Assembly (NCBI GenBank): GCA_965205655.1
Contig: CBDBIJ010000110.1
Coordinates: 32,001-96,000 of the forward strand
From: Candidatus Latescibacterota bacterium
GTDB lineage: Bacteria; Latescibacterota; UBA2968; UBA8231
Length of the DNA: 64,000 bases
Direction: 5' to 3'
Below, in pieces: positions 16,536 through 27,100 of the stretch. The notes under the pieces were generated by a model. It had not been told where the DNA came from, searched no databases, and saw only the letters and a list, made by a program, of their open reading frames with translations. Every line of letters begins with the position of its first letter. Position 1 is the stretch's first letter. Position numbers and translations under genes: made by a program.

Positions 16536-19500
16536 TCATTCCCCAGAGAGCAGATCGAGATAGCCTTCATATCTGACGTCCATTTCGACGACCTGGCGAT
16601 AGATGACCGCCGCTTCGTGACGACGTCCCTGGAGATAACGAGTGATAGCCATGTTGAGCCGAATCCCGGCGTTACCCGGCATCAGTTCCTCGGCTCGCTC
16701 GAACACCGCGAACGCCTCGTCGTACTCTCCCCGACGGGCGAGAACGACGCCTTTCGAGTTGAAGGCGTCACCCATGGCGGGGTCCGCGGCGATGGCCCTC
16801 TCGAGCCGCTCTAGTGCCTTGTCCCATTCGTCCTGCTGCAGGTAGCGCACAGCGATCGCGTAGTTCTCGTCGGCCGATTCCGAGGCGGCCAGAAAGTCGA
16901 AGAGACCCTCGTAGGCTTCATCCTGGGCAACGACCTGTTGATACAGAACATCCGCCGTCTTCGGATCCCCCGACAGCTGGTAACTCAGGGCCAGATTGAG
17001 TTGAAACCCCATCTGGTCCGGATCGAGCTGAGACGCCTGATCGAAGAGCTCACGTGCCTCCAGGTAACGGCCCTGGCGGCACAGAACGACGCCCTTGGCG
17101 TTGATGGCATCGGCGAACTGGGAATCGCTTTGCAGGGCGAAGTCGAACTGCTCCACTGCCTTGTCGAGTGACTGCTGCCGCAGATAGCTGACACCCACAT
17201 CGTAGTATCCCTGGGCATCGCCAACCGTGGCCATAAAGTCGAACAGCTCGGCGTATGAGTCGTCGAGGGCGACGACGCCTTCGAACATGAGATCGGCGGT
17301 CTGGCGCTCGCCCTTCAGGTAGTAGGCCAGGGCGATATTCATGCGGAATCCGTTGTTCTCTTCGAGCTCCAGTGCCTCGCGAAACAATTCCAGCGATTGG
17401 TCGTATTGTCCCTGCTTCGTCAGGATGACGCCGATGGCGTTGATGGCGTCGGCGTAGTCCGGCTTCATACCCCGGGCGCGCTCCAGCATCTGGAGAGCTT
17501 TTTCCAGATGGTTGGCGCGCAGGTAGGCGACGCCCGCATCGTAGGCGCCGTCGGGCGTATCGAGGGAGGTGACGGCCCCGAGGGCGATCTGATCGGTCCG
17601 CTGGTCGAAGTAGGCGACGTCCCGCGACAGCAGACTGTCGACGGAATCGGGTGCCGGGAGGTCTATCGATACAGCTGGCAGCACCGCCGGTTTGTAGGTC
17701 TGCAGCCACTGCTGCACATACACTTCATTGATCAGTTTGCGAGCCTTGAGCCGCTTGTATTCGGCCACGCCGTTGCGCCAGGCGTCGGCGAAGGTGAAAC
17801 CGAACATCGTCGTTTCAACGGGAATCCACACCCTCCCTTCCCACACCACGTATTCGGCCGAGCTGACGAAATGATCCTCGGCTCGGTCGACGGGAATGCC
17901 GCTGTCGAACATGAGATAGATATGGCCCTTCCCCGGATCGTTGGCCTCGAGGAAGGCGGTATCGATGCTCAGGTTCTCGAGCAGCGAGGCGTAGAGAACG
18001 GTCAGGTCGTCGCAGTCCCCGATCTTCGTGTCGACCCCTTCCTCCTTGTAGAGCAGCTCGCTCGGATACTGGACGGTGTCGAAGATCGTCTTGTCATCGG
18101 AGACGTTGGCGAATGGGGTTTTCTGATCGGCCTGGTAACTCAGACTGTAGACGCCCATGGCGTCGAACAGGACGATGGCCTTGCCGATGTTCGAGCGGTT
18201 GAACTTGCGCGCCAGCAGGCCATCGTATCGTTGCACAAGGCCGCGCGCCATGCCGGCGATGGCCAAGTCGGCGGGGGTCACGAAAGCGGCTGCCATTCCC
18301 TCCACATTCCAGCTGAGTTTTCCCTTGCCGGCGACGTAGACCCGCTCGAGCTGCTTCTCCACGACCTGCTCCCGCCGGTTGCGGGTGTAGGCAACCTGGA
18401 CGATCGGTGTCACGAAGTTGTCGAAGTAGGCCTCGGACTCGTTGAACAGGTCCTGATCGAAGGTCACCTTGAAGCTGTACTTCTCCGTGCTCTGGGGCGG
18501 CAGCACAACATTTTCGGTGTGGGGGATGCTCATCATCTTCGGCAACAGAACCCTAACGACGGCCTCGATCGGCCCGGCGGCGGAGTTGCCGATGACGACA
18601 TCCAGAAAATCGGTCTCCTCGTAGTGCCGGTACAACGAGCGGAACACCGGGTTCGGCCGAATCGTCGCATCCTTGATTGTGACGACTCGCGGATTGTAGG
18701 AAAGCGAAAGAGCCGTGTAGTGAGTGGCGTCGAGAATCGGGTGACGCTCGAAGGCGTAGTCGAGCTGGAGAAAGCGATACTTCACCCCCAGTCCGAAGCC
18801 GGCTGTGGTGGCATCGCCTCGACTCTCCGGTGTGTCGAGCTCAGTCTTGAGTCCAGCCCTCAGAGCAAGCTGGCCGGCGATCCAGTACTCGGCTCCCAAC
18901 CGGGCGTGATCGTCGATGTCGGCGGCGACGGTGAGGCCTTCGATCGGCTTGTGAGCCAGACCTATGCGGTACCGGGCTTCGAACATCTCCTCGCTCAACC
19001 CTCCCTCGTGCTCCACCGAGGTGCCACCGAGGTCTTGGACTGACAGACCGAGCCTGACGCCGTACGGCAGCGGCACGAGCAGACCGACATCGAAGCCCGT
19101 GCCGGAGGCGTTCATGACCGACGTCCCGTCGAGATCCGCATCCTGGCTGATGTATTTAGCCGTGGCACCGATAGAGGCGTTGCCGACGTACGGCTTCAGT
19201 CGCTGAATGCTGTTCCGGTAGCCGTAGGCGATGCCGAACTTGCTGTGCCCCGACTTGAGTCCGAGACCGCGGCTGACATCGTCGAAACCGCGGTAAAACC
19301 AGTCGATACCGAGGGCGTGGTTGTCTGATACCGGCAGGACGTAGCTCAGATACGACTCGTTGAGTCCCAGGCCGAAACGATCGGCATAGGACAGGTCGAG
19401 CTCCTGACGCTGCAGCGAAGCGATGGCGGCGGGGTTCAGGTTGACGGCGGTAGCGTCGGAGCCCACGGCGACGAAGGCCCCGCCCATGCCGATGGCTCTG

Positions 19501-19640
19501 ACCCCCAGATCGGGCTGCTTGGAGGTGGCGGCGGAGACGGGCAGCGAGAGCAGCAGCACGGTCACCGCTGCCGCACTCACGGCGCGACAGCGCGGTGCTG
19601 GATTCGGAATCCCCTTCTCAGTCTTGAGGTATCGAGGCAC
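16536..19640 (-). CDS. PorV/FadL-like (UPF0164) beta-barrel + transglutaminase-like domain + TPR repeats
   Basis: Signal peptide; GVRAIGMGGAFVAVGSDATAVNLNPAAI hatch motif and amphipathic strands ending LDYAF...LSLSY; VQYPSELL...GDCDDLTVLYASLL...GHIYLMFD...WIPVETT; three TPR clusters. Confidence 0.8.
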   Translation of the reverse strand: MPRYLKTEKGIPNPAPRCRAVSAAAVTVLLLSLPVSAATSKQPDLGVRAIGMGGAFVAVGSDATAVNLNPAAIASLQRQELDLSYADRFGLGLNESYLSYVLPVSDNHALGIDWFYRGFDDVSRGLGLKSGHSKFGIAYGYRNSIQRLKPYVGNASIGATAKYISQDADLDGTSVMNASGTGFDVGLLVPLPYGVRLGLSVQDLGGTSVEHEGGLSEEMFEARYRIGLAHKPIEGLTVAADIDDHARLGAEYWIAGQLALRAGLKTELDTPESRGDATTAGFGLGVKYRFLQLDYAFERHPILDATHYTALSLSYNPRVVTIKDATIRPNPVFRSLYRHYEETDFLDVVIGNSAAGPIEAVVRVLLPKMMSIPHTENVVLPPQSTEKYSFKVTFDQDLFNESEAYFDNFVTPIVQVAYTRNRREQVVEKQLERVYVAGKGKLSWNVEGMAAAFVTPADLAIAGMARGLVQRYDGLLARKFNRSNIGKAIVLFDAMGVYSLSYQADQKTPFANVSDDKTIFDTVQYPSELLYKEEGVDTKIGDCDDLTVLYASLLENLSIDTAFLEANDPGKGHIYLMFDSGIPVDRAEDHFVSSAEYVVWEGRVWIPVETTMFGFTFADAWRNGVAEYKRLKARKLINEVYVQQWLQTYKPAVLPAVSIDLPAPDSVDSLLSRDVAYFDQRTDQIALGAVTSLDTPDGAYDAGVAYLRANHLEKALQMLERARGMKPDYADAINAIGVILTKQGQYDQSLELFREALELEENNGFRMNIALAYYLKGERQTADLMFEGVVALDDSYAELFDFMATVGDAQGYYDVGVSYLRQQSLDKAVEQFDFALQSDSQFADAINAKGVVLCRQGRYLEARELFDQASQLDPDQMGFQLNLALSYQLSGDPKTADVLYQQVVAQDEAYEGLFDFLAASESADENYAIAVRYLQQDEWDKALERLERAIAADPAMGDAFNSKGVVLARRGEYDEAFAVFERAEELMPGNAGIRLNMAITRYLQGRRHEAAVIYRQVVEMDVRYEGYLDLLSGE

Positions 19641-19651
19641 CTTCAGCGTCC

Positions 19652-21118
19652 CTATGGCTCTTTAATCGTTATCTGCTCGCCGCCTGAAACCGGTCCCTGT
19701 ATGGGCGCCGTCTCATTGCCCGGGTAAATGACCTGAACATTGTATGGTCCGGCAGGAGCTCCGAAGATCACCTCGGCCGGGCCGCTCCCGGGCAAGACCT
19801 GTCGGTAGGCCACCAGCACAAGTGAATCCGGTTCGTTCGCGTCGAACAGGCGCACCTGGGCACCGAGACCGAAGAAGTTGTTGCCTCCCGTCTCGGGACC
19901 CTTGCCGCGAACGAGGACCTTGATGAACAGTGAGTCGGGCGTCTCGTTGTGGAGGAGACTGTTGCCAAATCCAAAACCGTTTGTTCTGTAAATGTCCGGG
20001 GCGCCGTCGCCGTCGAAATCGCCCCATCCTGCAGCAAGGTGAGGGGTGAAGACGGCGGCGATTCCCGCCTCCGCTGTGGCGTCTCGGAAGGTGCCATCGC
20101 CGTTGTTGGCCATGAGGGCGTCCGGCTGCTGTTGCCTGTCGGCTCCGGTGGCAAGGTAGAGGTCGAGATTTCCGTCCCCATCGTAGTCCGACCACGCTGC
20201 CATCGACGTCAACCAGCCGGAGCCCACCTCGCGCACATTCGCGGCTTCGCCCACATCGACGAATGTCTCGTCCCCGTCGTTGCGATACAGGCTGTTGGCG
20301 CCGACGTTCGCCACGAAGGCGTCCATGTCGCCGTCGTTGTCGTAGTCCCCCCAGGCGGCGCTCTGGCCGATTTCCTTGTTGGCGACGGACAGGGCGCAAG
20401 CGATCTCGGAGAACAAACCGCTGTCGCTCAGATCGTTGCGGTAGAGGCCGTTCTCCTGCTCTCTGTTGACGACGTAGAGGTCGAGATCACCGTCGTTGTC
20501 GTAGTCGACCCAGTTGAAGCCGTTCGTATCCCGGCGGTCTCCGACGCCCACATCGAGCACCTGAGCAAAGGTGCCGTCCGCATTGTTGCTATAGAGCTCA
20601 TTGTCGTGGTAGTACTTCCCTACATAGATGTCGAGATCGCCGTCATTGTCGTAGTCGCCCCAGCCGGACGATGTCTCATTGCCGCGCTTGTCCAGGTTGA
20701 TGGAGGCAAGGCTGCGGCCGACCTCGGTGAAATCAGCGGCCTCGTTCTCGTAGAGAAAATCCTGAACTGAGAAGTCGGTGACGTAGAGGTCGAGGTCGCC
20801 GTCGTTGTCGTAGTCGCCCCAGGCGGCCGACGTGCTGTTGCCGTCCTCGATGTCGATACCGAGTGCGACCGCCGTATCGGTGAATGTGCTGTCGCCGTTG
20901 TTTCTGTAGAGCTTGTTCGGGGGGATGATCGTTGCGGTGCCCCAATTGGTGACGTAGAGATCGAGGTTTCCGTCGCCGTCGTAATCACCCCAGGCGAAGT
21001 TCGTGCTGAACAGGCCCGGGTTGTCCACCCCGGCTGCAACCGATATGTCGGTGAGCGTCTGCGCTTGGAGGCCGGCGGCCATGAGGCCGCAGAGAGCTAC
21101 CGCTGCGAATCGCCTCAT
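19652..21118 (-). CDS. Secreted FG-GAP/VCBS beta-propeller protein (CRTAC1/ASPIC-UnbV-like)
   Basis: Signal peptide from ATG 21118 (ATGA overlap with upstream stop); about seven WGDYDNDGDLDLYV repeats; C-terminal N..GLGAQV segment. Confidence 0.88.
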   Translation of the reverse strand: MRRFAAVALCGLMAAGLQAQTLTDISVAAGVDNPGLFSTNFAWGDYDGDGNLDLYVTNWGTATIIPPNKLYRNNGDSTFTDTAVALGIDIEDGNSTSAAWGDYDNDGDLDLYVTDFSVQDFLYENEAADFTEVGRSLASINLDKRGNETSSGWGDYDNDGDLDIYVGKYYHDNELYSNNADGTFAQVLDVGVGDRRDTNGFNWVDYDNDGDLDLYVVNREQENGLYRNDLSDSGLFSEIACALSVANKEIGQSAAWGDYDNDGDMDAFVANVGANSLYRNDGDETFVDVGEAANVREVGSGWLTSMAAWSDYDGDGNLDLYLATGADRQQQPDALMANNGDGTFRDATAEAGIAAVFTPHLAAGWGDFDGDGAPDIYRTNGFGFGNSLLHNETPDSLFIKVLVRGKGPETGGNNFFGLGAQVRLFDANEPDSLVLVAYRQVLPGSGPAEVIFGAPAGPYNVQVIYPGNETAPIQGPVSGGEQITIKEP

Positions 21119-24100
21119 CTGACCACCGCCACTACTTTCTCGGCTTGCTCGCCGGAGGCGGTGACGACGACGATGTAGAGGCCGCTGGCGACGACTCCAC
21201 CATCTTCGTCGCGCCCGTTCCATGGTATCGTAAGGCGGCCCTGGCCATAGGGCTGGTCGCGCTTGATGACCCTCTCGAGTCGGCCGGAGGCGTTGTAAAC
21301 CCGCACCGTGACATCTGCGGGACTGCTGAGGTCGAAAGAGACGTCAGTGATGGCTCTCAGACCCCCCGCTGGTGAGAATGCGCGCGGCTGGCAATCGAGG
21401 TCTCGGATTTTCGCGGTACCCACAGCGGCCTGCGTATCCACGAACAGGCCGAAGGTGCTCAGTTTCAGTTCCTTTACTGAAGTGGCCACCTGTTTCAGCG
21501 CCGGCTCCGATGTGCCGCCGACCCGTAGCCACTGCCCTTCTGTCAGTTCGAAGATCCCCAGCTCGCTCGGGTTGTGTTCGCCGAGGTCGCCCAGGTCGTA
21601 ACGGAAGGTCATGGTCACCGGCTTGCGCAGCGCGCTCTCGCCGATATTCATCTCCCAGGCGCTGCCGACGGGAACCGGGTCCTCGCCTTGTGACGGTGCG
21701 GCGGCAGAGGAAACGGTTTTCCCCGCCGGCTGATCGGCGGCCGGGCGAATGATCACCTCCACCTTACCGATGTCGCTCGGCAGCGCATTTGGCGGGAAGT
21801 AGAGCTCGACGCTGCCCTCCGCGTTGGTCACGGTGCCGCCCGCTGCCGCGTCGGGCAGCTCTCCTGCGGTCTGAAAAGTTCCGTCGAATCCAGTCTCCGC
21901 TCTCTCGCCGAGGACCGAGCGATCGATGACGAACTCGTATTCCGTGAAGGGCCGGAAGCCTCCTTGAGGCGCGAAGTTGACGATCGTCTGAGCCGGATCC
22001 TCAAACCCGAAACCTGTGATTGGCGTCAGCTCGAAAGGCGCATCCGGGTCCTCCTGTAGATCGACGATACGTCGAGCTCTGAGCTGGAAGCCGGACTGGT
22101 CGGCGGTGGCGACCGGTCCCGAGAATACGATCCGCACTGGGGGGGATGTCACAGACACTCCCTCGGCACCGAATGGTGGATTGGCTTCGACGAGCGTGGG
22201 CAAGTCGGTGAGAAAGGTGAATTGATCGTCGGGTCGATTCGCCAGGGCCCCCCCGAGTCGAGAGCTCACGACCACTTCATAGGAACTCCCCGAGACGAAA
22301 TCGACTTCCGGCAGACTGGCTGTAAAAGTCTCGTCGACGTAGATGAACTCACCGTCCTCGAGCGCGATCGGATCGCCACCGCGGCTCAGACGGATGTTCT
22401 GCGAGTTGACCAGGTCGCGTTGCAGCGCGGCGGAAAAGACGATCTCCACACGTCTGGCTCCGGCGGCGATCGAGGTGCCGTCGGTCGGCGATGTGGAGAC
22501 GACACTCGGAACGAGCGTCGCGAATCCCAGGCGAGTATCGGTGCTAGCGCGCGGGCCGCCCAACCGGGCGCTGACGACTACGTCGTACGCCGATCCCGGA
22601 ATCAAATCGATCTGGGGCAGGCTGATGATGAACTGCTCCTGATCGTACAGGAACTCGTCCTCGGGCAGAGAGAGGGCTGCACCACCCCGCGTGACCGTCA
22701 CGTTTTGGGAGTTTATCAGATCCTCGTCCAACGGATCGGAAAAGGAGAGTCGAACCCGGCGAGGGCCAGCCGTTACCTCGCTGCCGCTCTCGGGCTCGGT
22801 AGAAACCACTTCAGCCACCCGCGTGGCGAAGCCCCAGCGGAAATCGTCGGTTGCTCTCGGACCCGCTACAGAGCGGGTAATCACTACCTGATAGGAGGTG
22901 CCACCCCGCAAGCGGCCGGCCGCGGGCCCGAATGAGAGGGTACCCGCCTCGCCGTCGAAGACCGGTGCCGTGATCTGCACGGACTGACCCTCGCCCAGCA
23001 GCCGTACATGCTCAGCTAGCTCTTCATCGTCGATGTCGGTGTCGAAAACGGCTGCGATCGTCCCTTCGAGTGCGGAAACAGCCGAATCAGCAGCGGCTGG
23101 CGCCACGCTCACCGTATCCGGTATCGCCGTCTGGAATGACCACGAAATCGGCTGGCCTGCCCCGAGTGGTCCGCTGACCGATGAATTGATTTGCACGACG
23201 TAGCCACTGCCGACCTGCCAGCCGGTTGCGGGCGCGAATCCATAGCGACCCTCGCCACGATCGGTCGGATCGTCGGCGCGCAGCTCAAGTGGCACGCCCC
23301 CACGCGCGAGGCTGAAGTTGCCGGCGCTCAATTGGTCTTCGTCGAGGGGCACGCTGAACTCGATGACCGCCTCTTCGAGGCCGATGGTGACGTCATCGGC
23401 CCCCTCGGTAGGTAGCACCGAGACCCGGCTGGGCACGGCCGTGCTGAAACTCCAGCTATAGTCTCCCACTGCCTGTCGCAACGGACCTCCCACCACCCCC
23501 GAAACGACCACCTGGTATTGAGCCCCAGGGCGCAGGCCTTCTGCAGGTTGAAACGACAGCACTCCAGTTGTGGGGTTGTATTCCTCCTCCGTCGCATCGA
23601 TGGCGCGCCCCTGCTTGAGGAGCGTCACGCTGCCCGACACTGCCTCTTCGTCGAGCAAGCCGTCGAACCCGATCGATATCGATGGATCAGCCGCCGACAC
23701 CGCAGCGTCGCCGTCGTCCGGGGTCCGTGCGGTAACCCGGGGCACGGCGGTGCTGAACGACCAGGTGAAGTCGCCCTCGGCCACCAACCGCAGCGGCCCG
23801 GCGAGCGAGCCAGAGATCGTCACGTCGTAGCGGGAGCCTGGCTTGAGCGCTTCGCCAAGATCGATGGAAAGGGTGTTGGACGTACCGACGAATAAAGCGT
23901 CGGCGACTACTACTGAATCGCCCTCCCGCCTTACCTGCACCGCATCAGCTTCCTCCAGTAGCGACTCGATGAGGCCGCCATCGAAGGTGGCGATTATGCG
24001 CCCGTCATCGATGGCTACGCTCGCGGTTCCGTCCGCGGGCTCGGTGCTCACGAGCTGAGGTACGTTGATGCTGAAATTCCAGGATATGGCGTTCGCCGGG

Positions 24101-27100
24101 CGATTGCCGGCCAGGTCCTCTACGGCGGCTGACACTTCGACGCTGTACTGCGTCCCTGGCAGGAGACCCCCGGCCGGAGCCAGGACGACTGTATTGTCAT
24201 CGGCGCTGTAGAGGGGGGCATCGGCCAGCGCTACAGGTGAATTTCCCGCGGTGATTTGGAAGTTGTCGGCGACGACAGTCTGCTGATCGATGGGCTCTGA
24301 AAAGGTGATCCTGAGCCGTGTCGTCGAATCTGGCACGCCAACGGCGGCGAACCCGGGCGCGGCTGAGCTGACCGCAGGCAGCTGTGTGTCGACTGAAAAC
24401 ACGCCGGTCGAATCGAATGGCACGAGCGTGTTTCCCTTGATGTCCTCCAGACCCCTGACAGAAACTGAAGCCGCTCCCGACGGCATGGATTCTGCAACCG
24501 TCAGCTCACCGGTCCATGTGAGCCCGGTGTAGCGAACTGTCCGGAACTGGAAAGGCTGTCCGTCGATGGTGGCCTCCACCAGAGGTTCCACATCTTTCTC
24601 CACTCCCGAATGCTCGTCGAGGAACTCGAAGGCGACGGTCACCGTCTGATCGATGCCAAAATTGGTGGTGTCGGATTCGCTCTTGCTTTTGTTCAGCGTA
24701 AGCCTGTCGATAGTCGGCGGGATGACATCGACTATGAAGTGGCTTTCTGCGCTCCAATCGGAACGCGAGTAACCCACGTCCACTGTCTGAACAGACCAGA
24801 AGTATGTGCCGCTGACCAGTTCACCGACTGAGCGGACCAGATTGTGGCCGGCGTTGCCGGGGCCCAGTGGCAGTTGGCCTGAAATGACCGAGTCCCCTTC
24901 CGAGGTCCTACCAAGCCGAAGATTGTAGGTGAGGCTCTCCACCGGCGGAGCACCATCGTCCGAGGCGGGAAGCCAGCTCAGGGTCACCTCGTCGCCTGCG
25001 TCCTCCGCCCGCAGTCCCGAGGGGGCGGATGGGGGCACGTTGGAGTTGAGTTGCTGCGCCGTCAGATTGTCATTGACGGCCGTCGAGGTAGTGGTACCCG
25101 AGCCGGACGAGAACAGGTCGAGATCGCCGTCGCCATCGGCATCCGCCAAGGTAACGGCGCTGAAGTCGACCCCGCGCAGAATGGGAAAAGCGTCGAGCGC
25201 GAATGCCGAGTCGGGAGCTGCCTGACCTATCGTGTTTTCATACACCCTGAAGATCTTCTGCTGCTGGCCGATGTTGCCGACCATGACGAGGTCGAGATCC
25301 TGGTCGTTGTCGTAGTCTCCCCAGGCCAGATCACCCCCCTGGATGCCTGGAAGATCGACGTCGTCTATCTCTGCGTAGGTACCCGTGCCGTCGTTGGCGT
25401 AGATGGCTGTCGAAGGGCCGTCGCTCGCCGTCACGCCTCCGGCGGCGAGATCCAGATCGCCGTCGCGGTCGTAGTCGCCGAAGGCGAGGTCGCTGGATTC
25501 CATTCCGGGGAGATCGTTTCCGGTGTCCGCGAAGCTGACGGAGCCGCTGGCGAGATCGTTGCGATAGACGGTGAAGTCTCGAACTCCGTCGGAGCTTACG
25601 CCGGTGACGGCCAGATCGAGATCACCGTCGCCATCCACATCGCCGAACACAGATTCGCCATTGTTGAGGCCGGTCAGGTTTACGCCGAGGGTGTCGAAAT
25701 CGCCCGCGCCATCGTTCGCCCAGATCTCGGTGAACGAAAGCTGGGCGCCAGCCTCGGTCGCGCCGCTCTGACCCATCAGAACAAAATCCAGGTCGCCGTC
25801 GTTATCCACGTCGCCCCAATCGACCGAGCTCTCGGACAGGTCGGGTCTGAAGCGGATCGCCACTGCAATCCCGGCGTTGTCGGTGCCGCCACTGGTATCG
25901 GTTCGATACAGGAAGTTCGCCCGGTTGCCGATTGCATCCTCGCCTGTGATGAACAGATCGAGATCGCCGTCGCCATCGTAGTCGCCCCACGCCAGGTCAC
26001 CTTCCTGAAGGGAGACGATGTCTGCATCCACAAGCGTCAGCGTGCTACCACGATTGACGTAGAGCAGGCTCTGGGCTTCGCCGCTGCGATTGAGCCCCAT
26101 GATGGCCAGGTCGATGTCCCCGTCGTCATCGTAGTCGCCCCAGCTCATGGCCGACTCCTTCAGGTCGCGGATCCGCTGATCCGAGGAGACGAACCGGGTC
26201 ACGACGAACGGGTCCTCCTGGGAAAACGCCGACCGGGTGAAGGTTCCGTCTACTGACTGAACGCTCCAGACGTAGGTGTCGGGTGCCAGAGAGCGGCTCA
26301 GCACGTAACTCGTTTCGAACCCGGCATTGCCCTGCCCTACGGACAGCGAGGCTGATACGATGTCTCCCGCGCCAGCCTCGGTGCCGATGCGGATGTTGTA
26401 GCTGATTGCATCCGATTCACCGTCGCTGCCGGGACTCCAGCTGAACAGGGCCCGGGTGCTGGTGACCTCCACGGGATTGAGGCTCGCAGGCGGGTTTGGG
26501 GCCGTGTTGATCGTGGTGACGCCGAGATTGCTGTAGAGAATCGTGCGACTCTCACCCGACTCGTCGACGCCGCTCGTCACCAGATCGACTCGGCCGTCGT
26601 CATCGTAGTCAGCCCACAAGGCGAGCCCGCCGGCAAGGCCCTCCAGATTCTGCTCGATCGACACGCCGGTAACAGACCCGTTTCGATTCTCGAACACGTG
26701 GGCTTCATAGTCGGAGACGATCGTCCGGCCCGACACGGCCAGATCGGGATCGCCGTCGTTGTCGAAGTCGACCCAGTCGAGCTGACCGCCCACGGTCTGG
26801 AAGGCGTTCAGCGAGAAATCGGTGTCGCGATTGAAGGTGCCGGCGGGCCGGTTGCGGTACAGGTACAATTGGAGAGCGCGGTTCCACACCTCGTCGTGGC
26901 CGGAGATGGCGAGATCGGGATTGCCGTCACTGTCGTAGTCGGACCAGGCGAGAGAGCCCCCCTTTACGAGTGAGTCGAAGGGCAGGGATATACCGGAGTC
27001 CAGGGTCAGAGTTCCGAGTGGATCGTTGACGTAGAACTCGGTGACCCGCCGGATGCCTCCATCGGCGATGACATTCTCACCGGAAATGGCGAGGTCGGGA

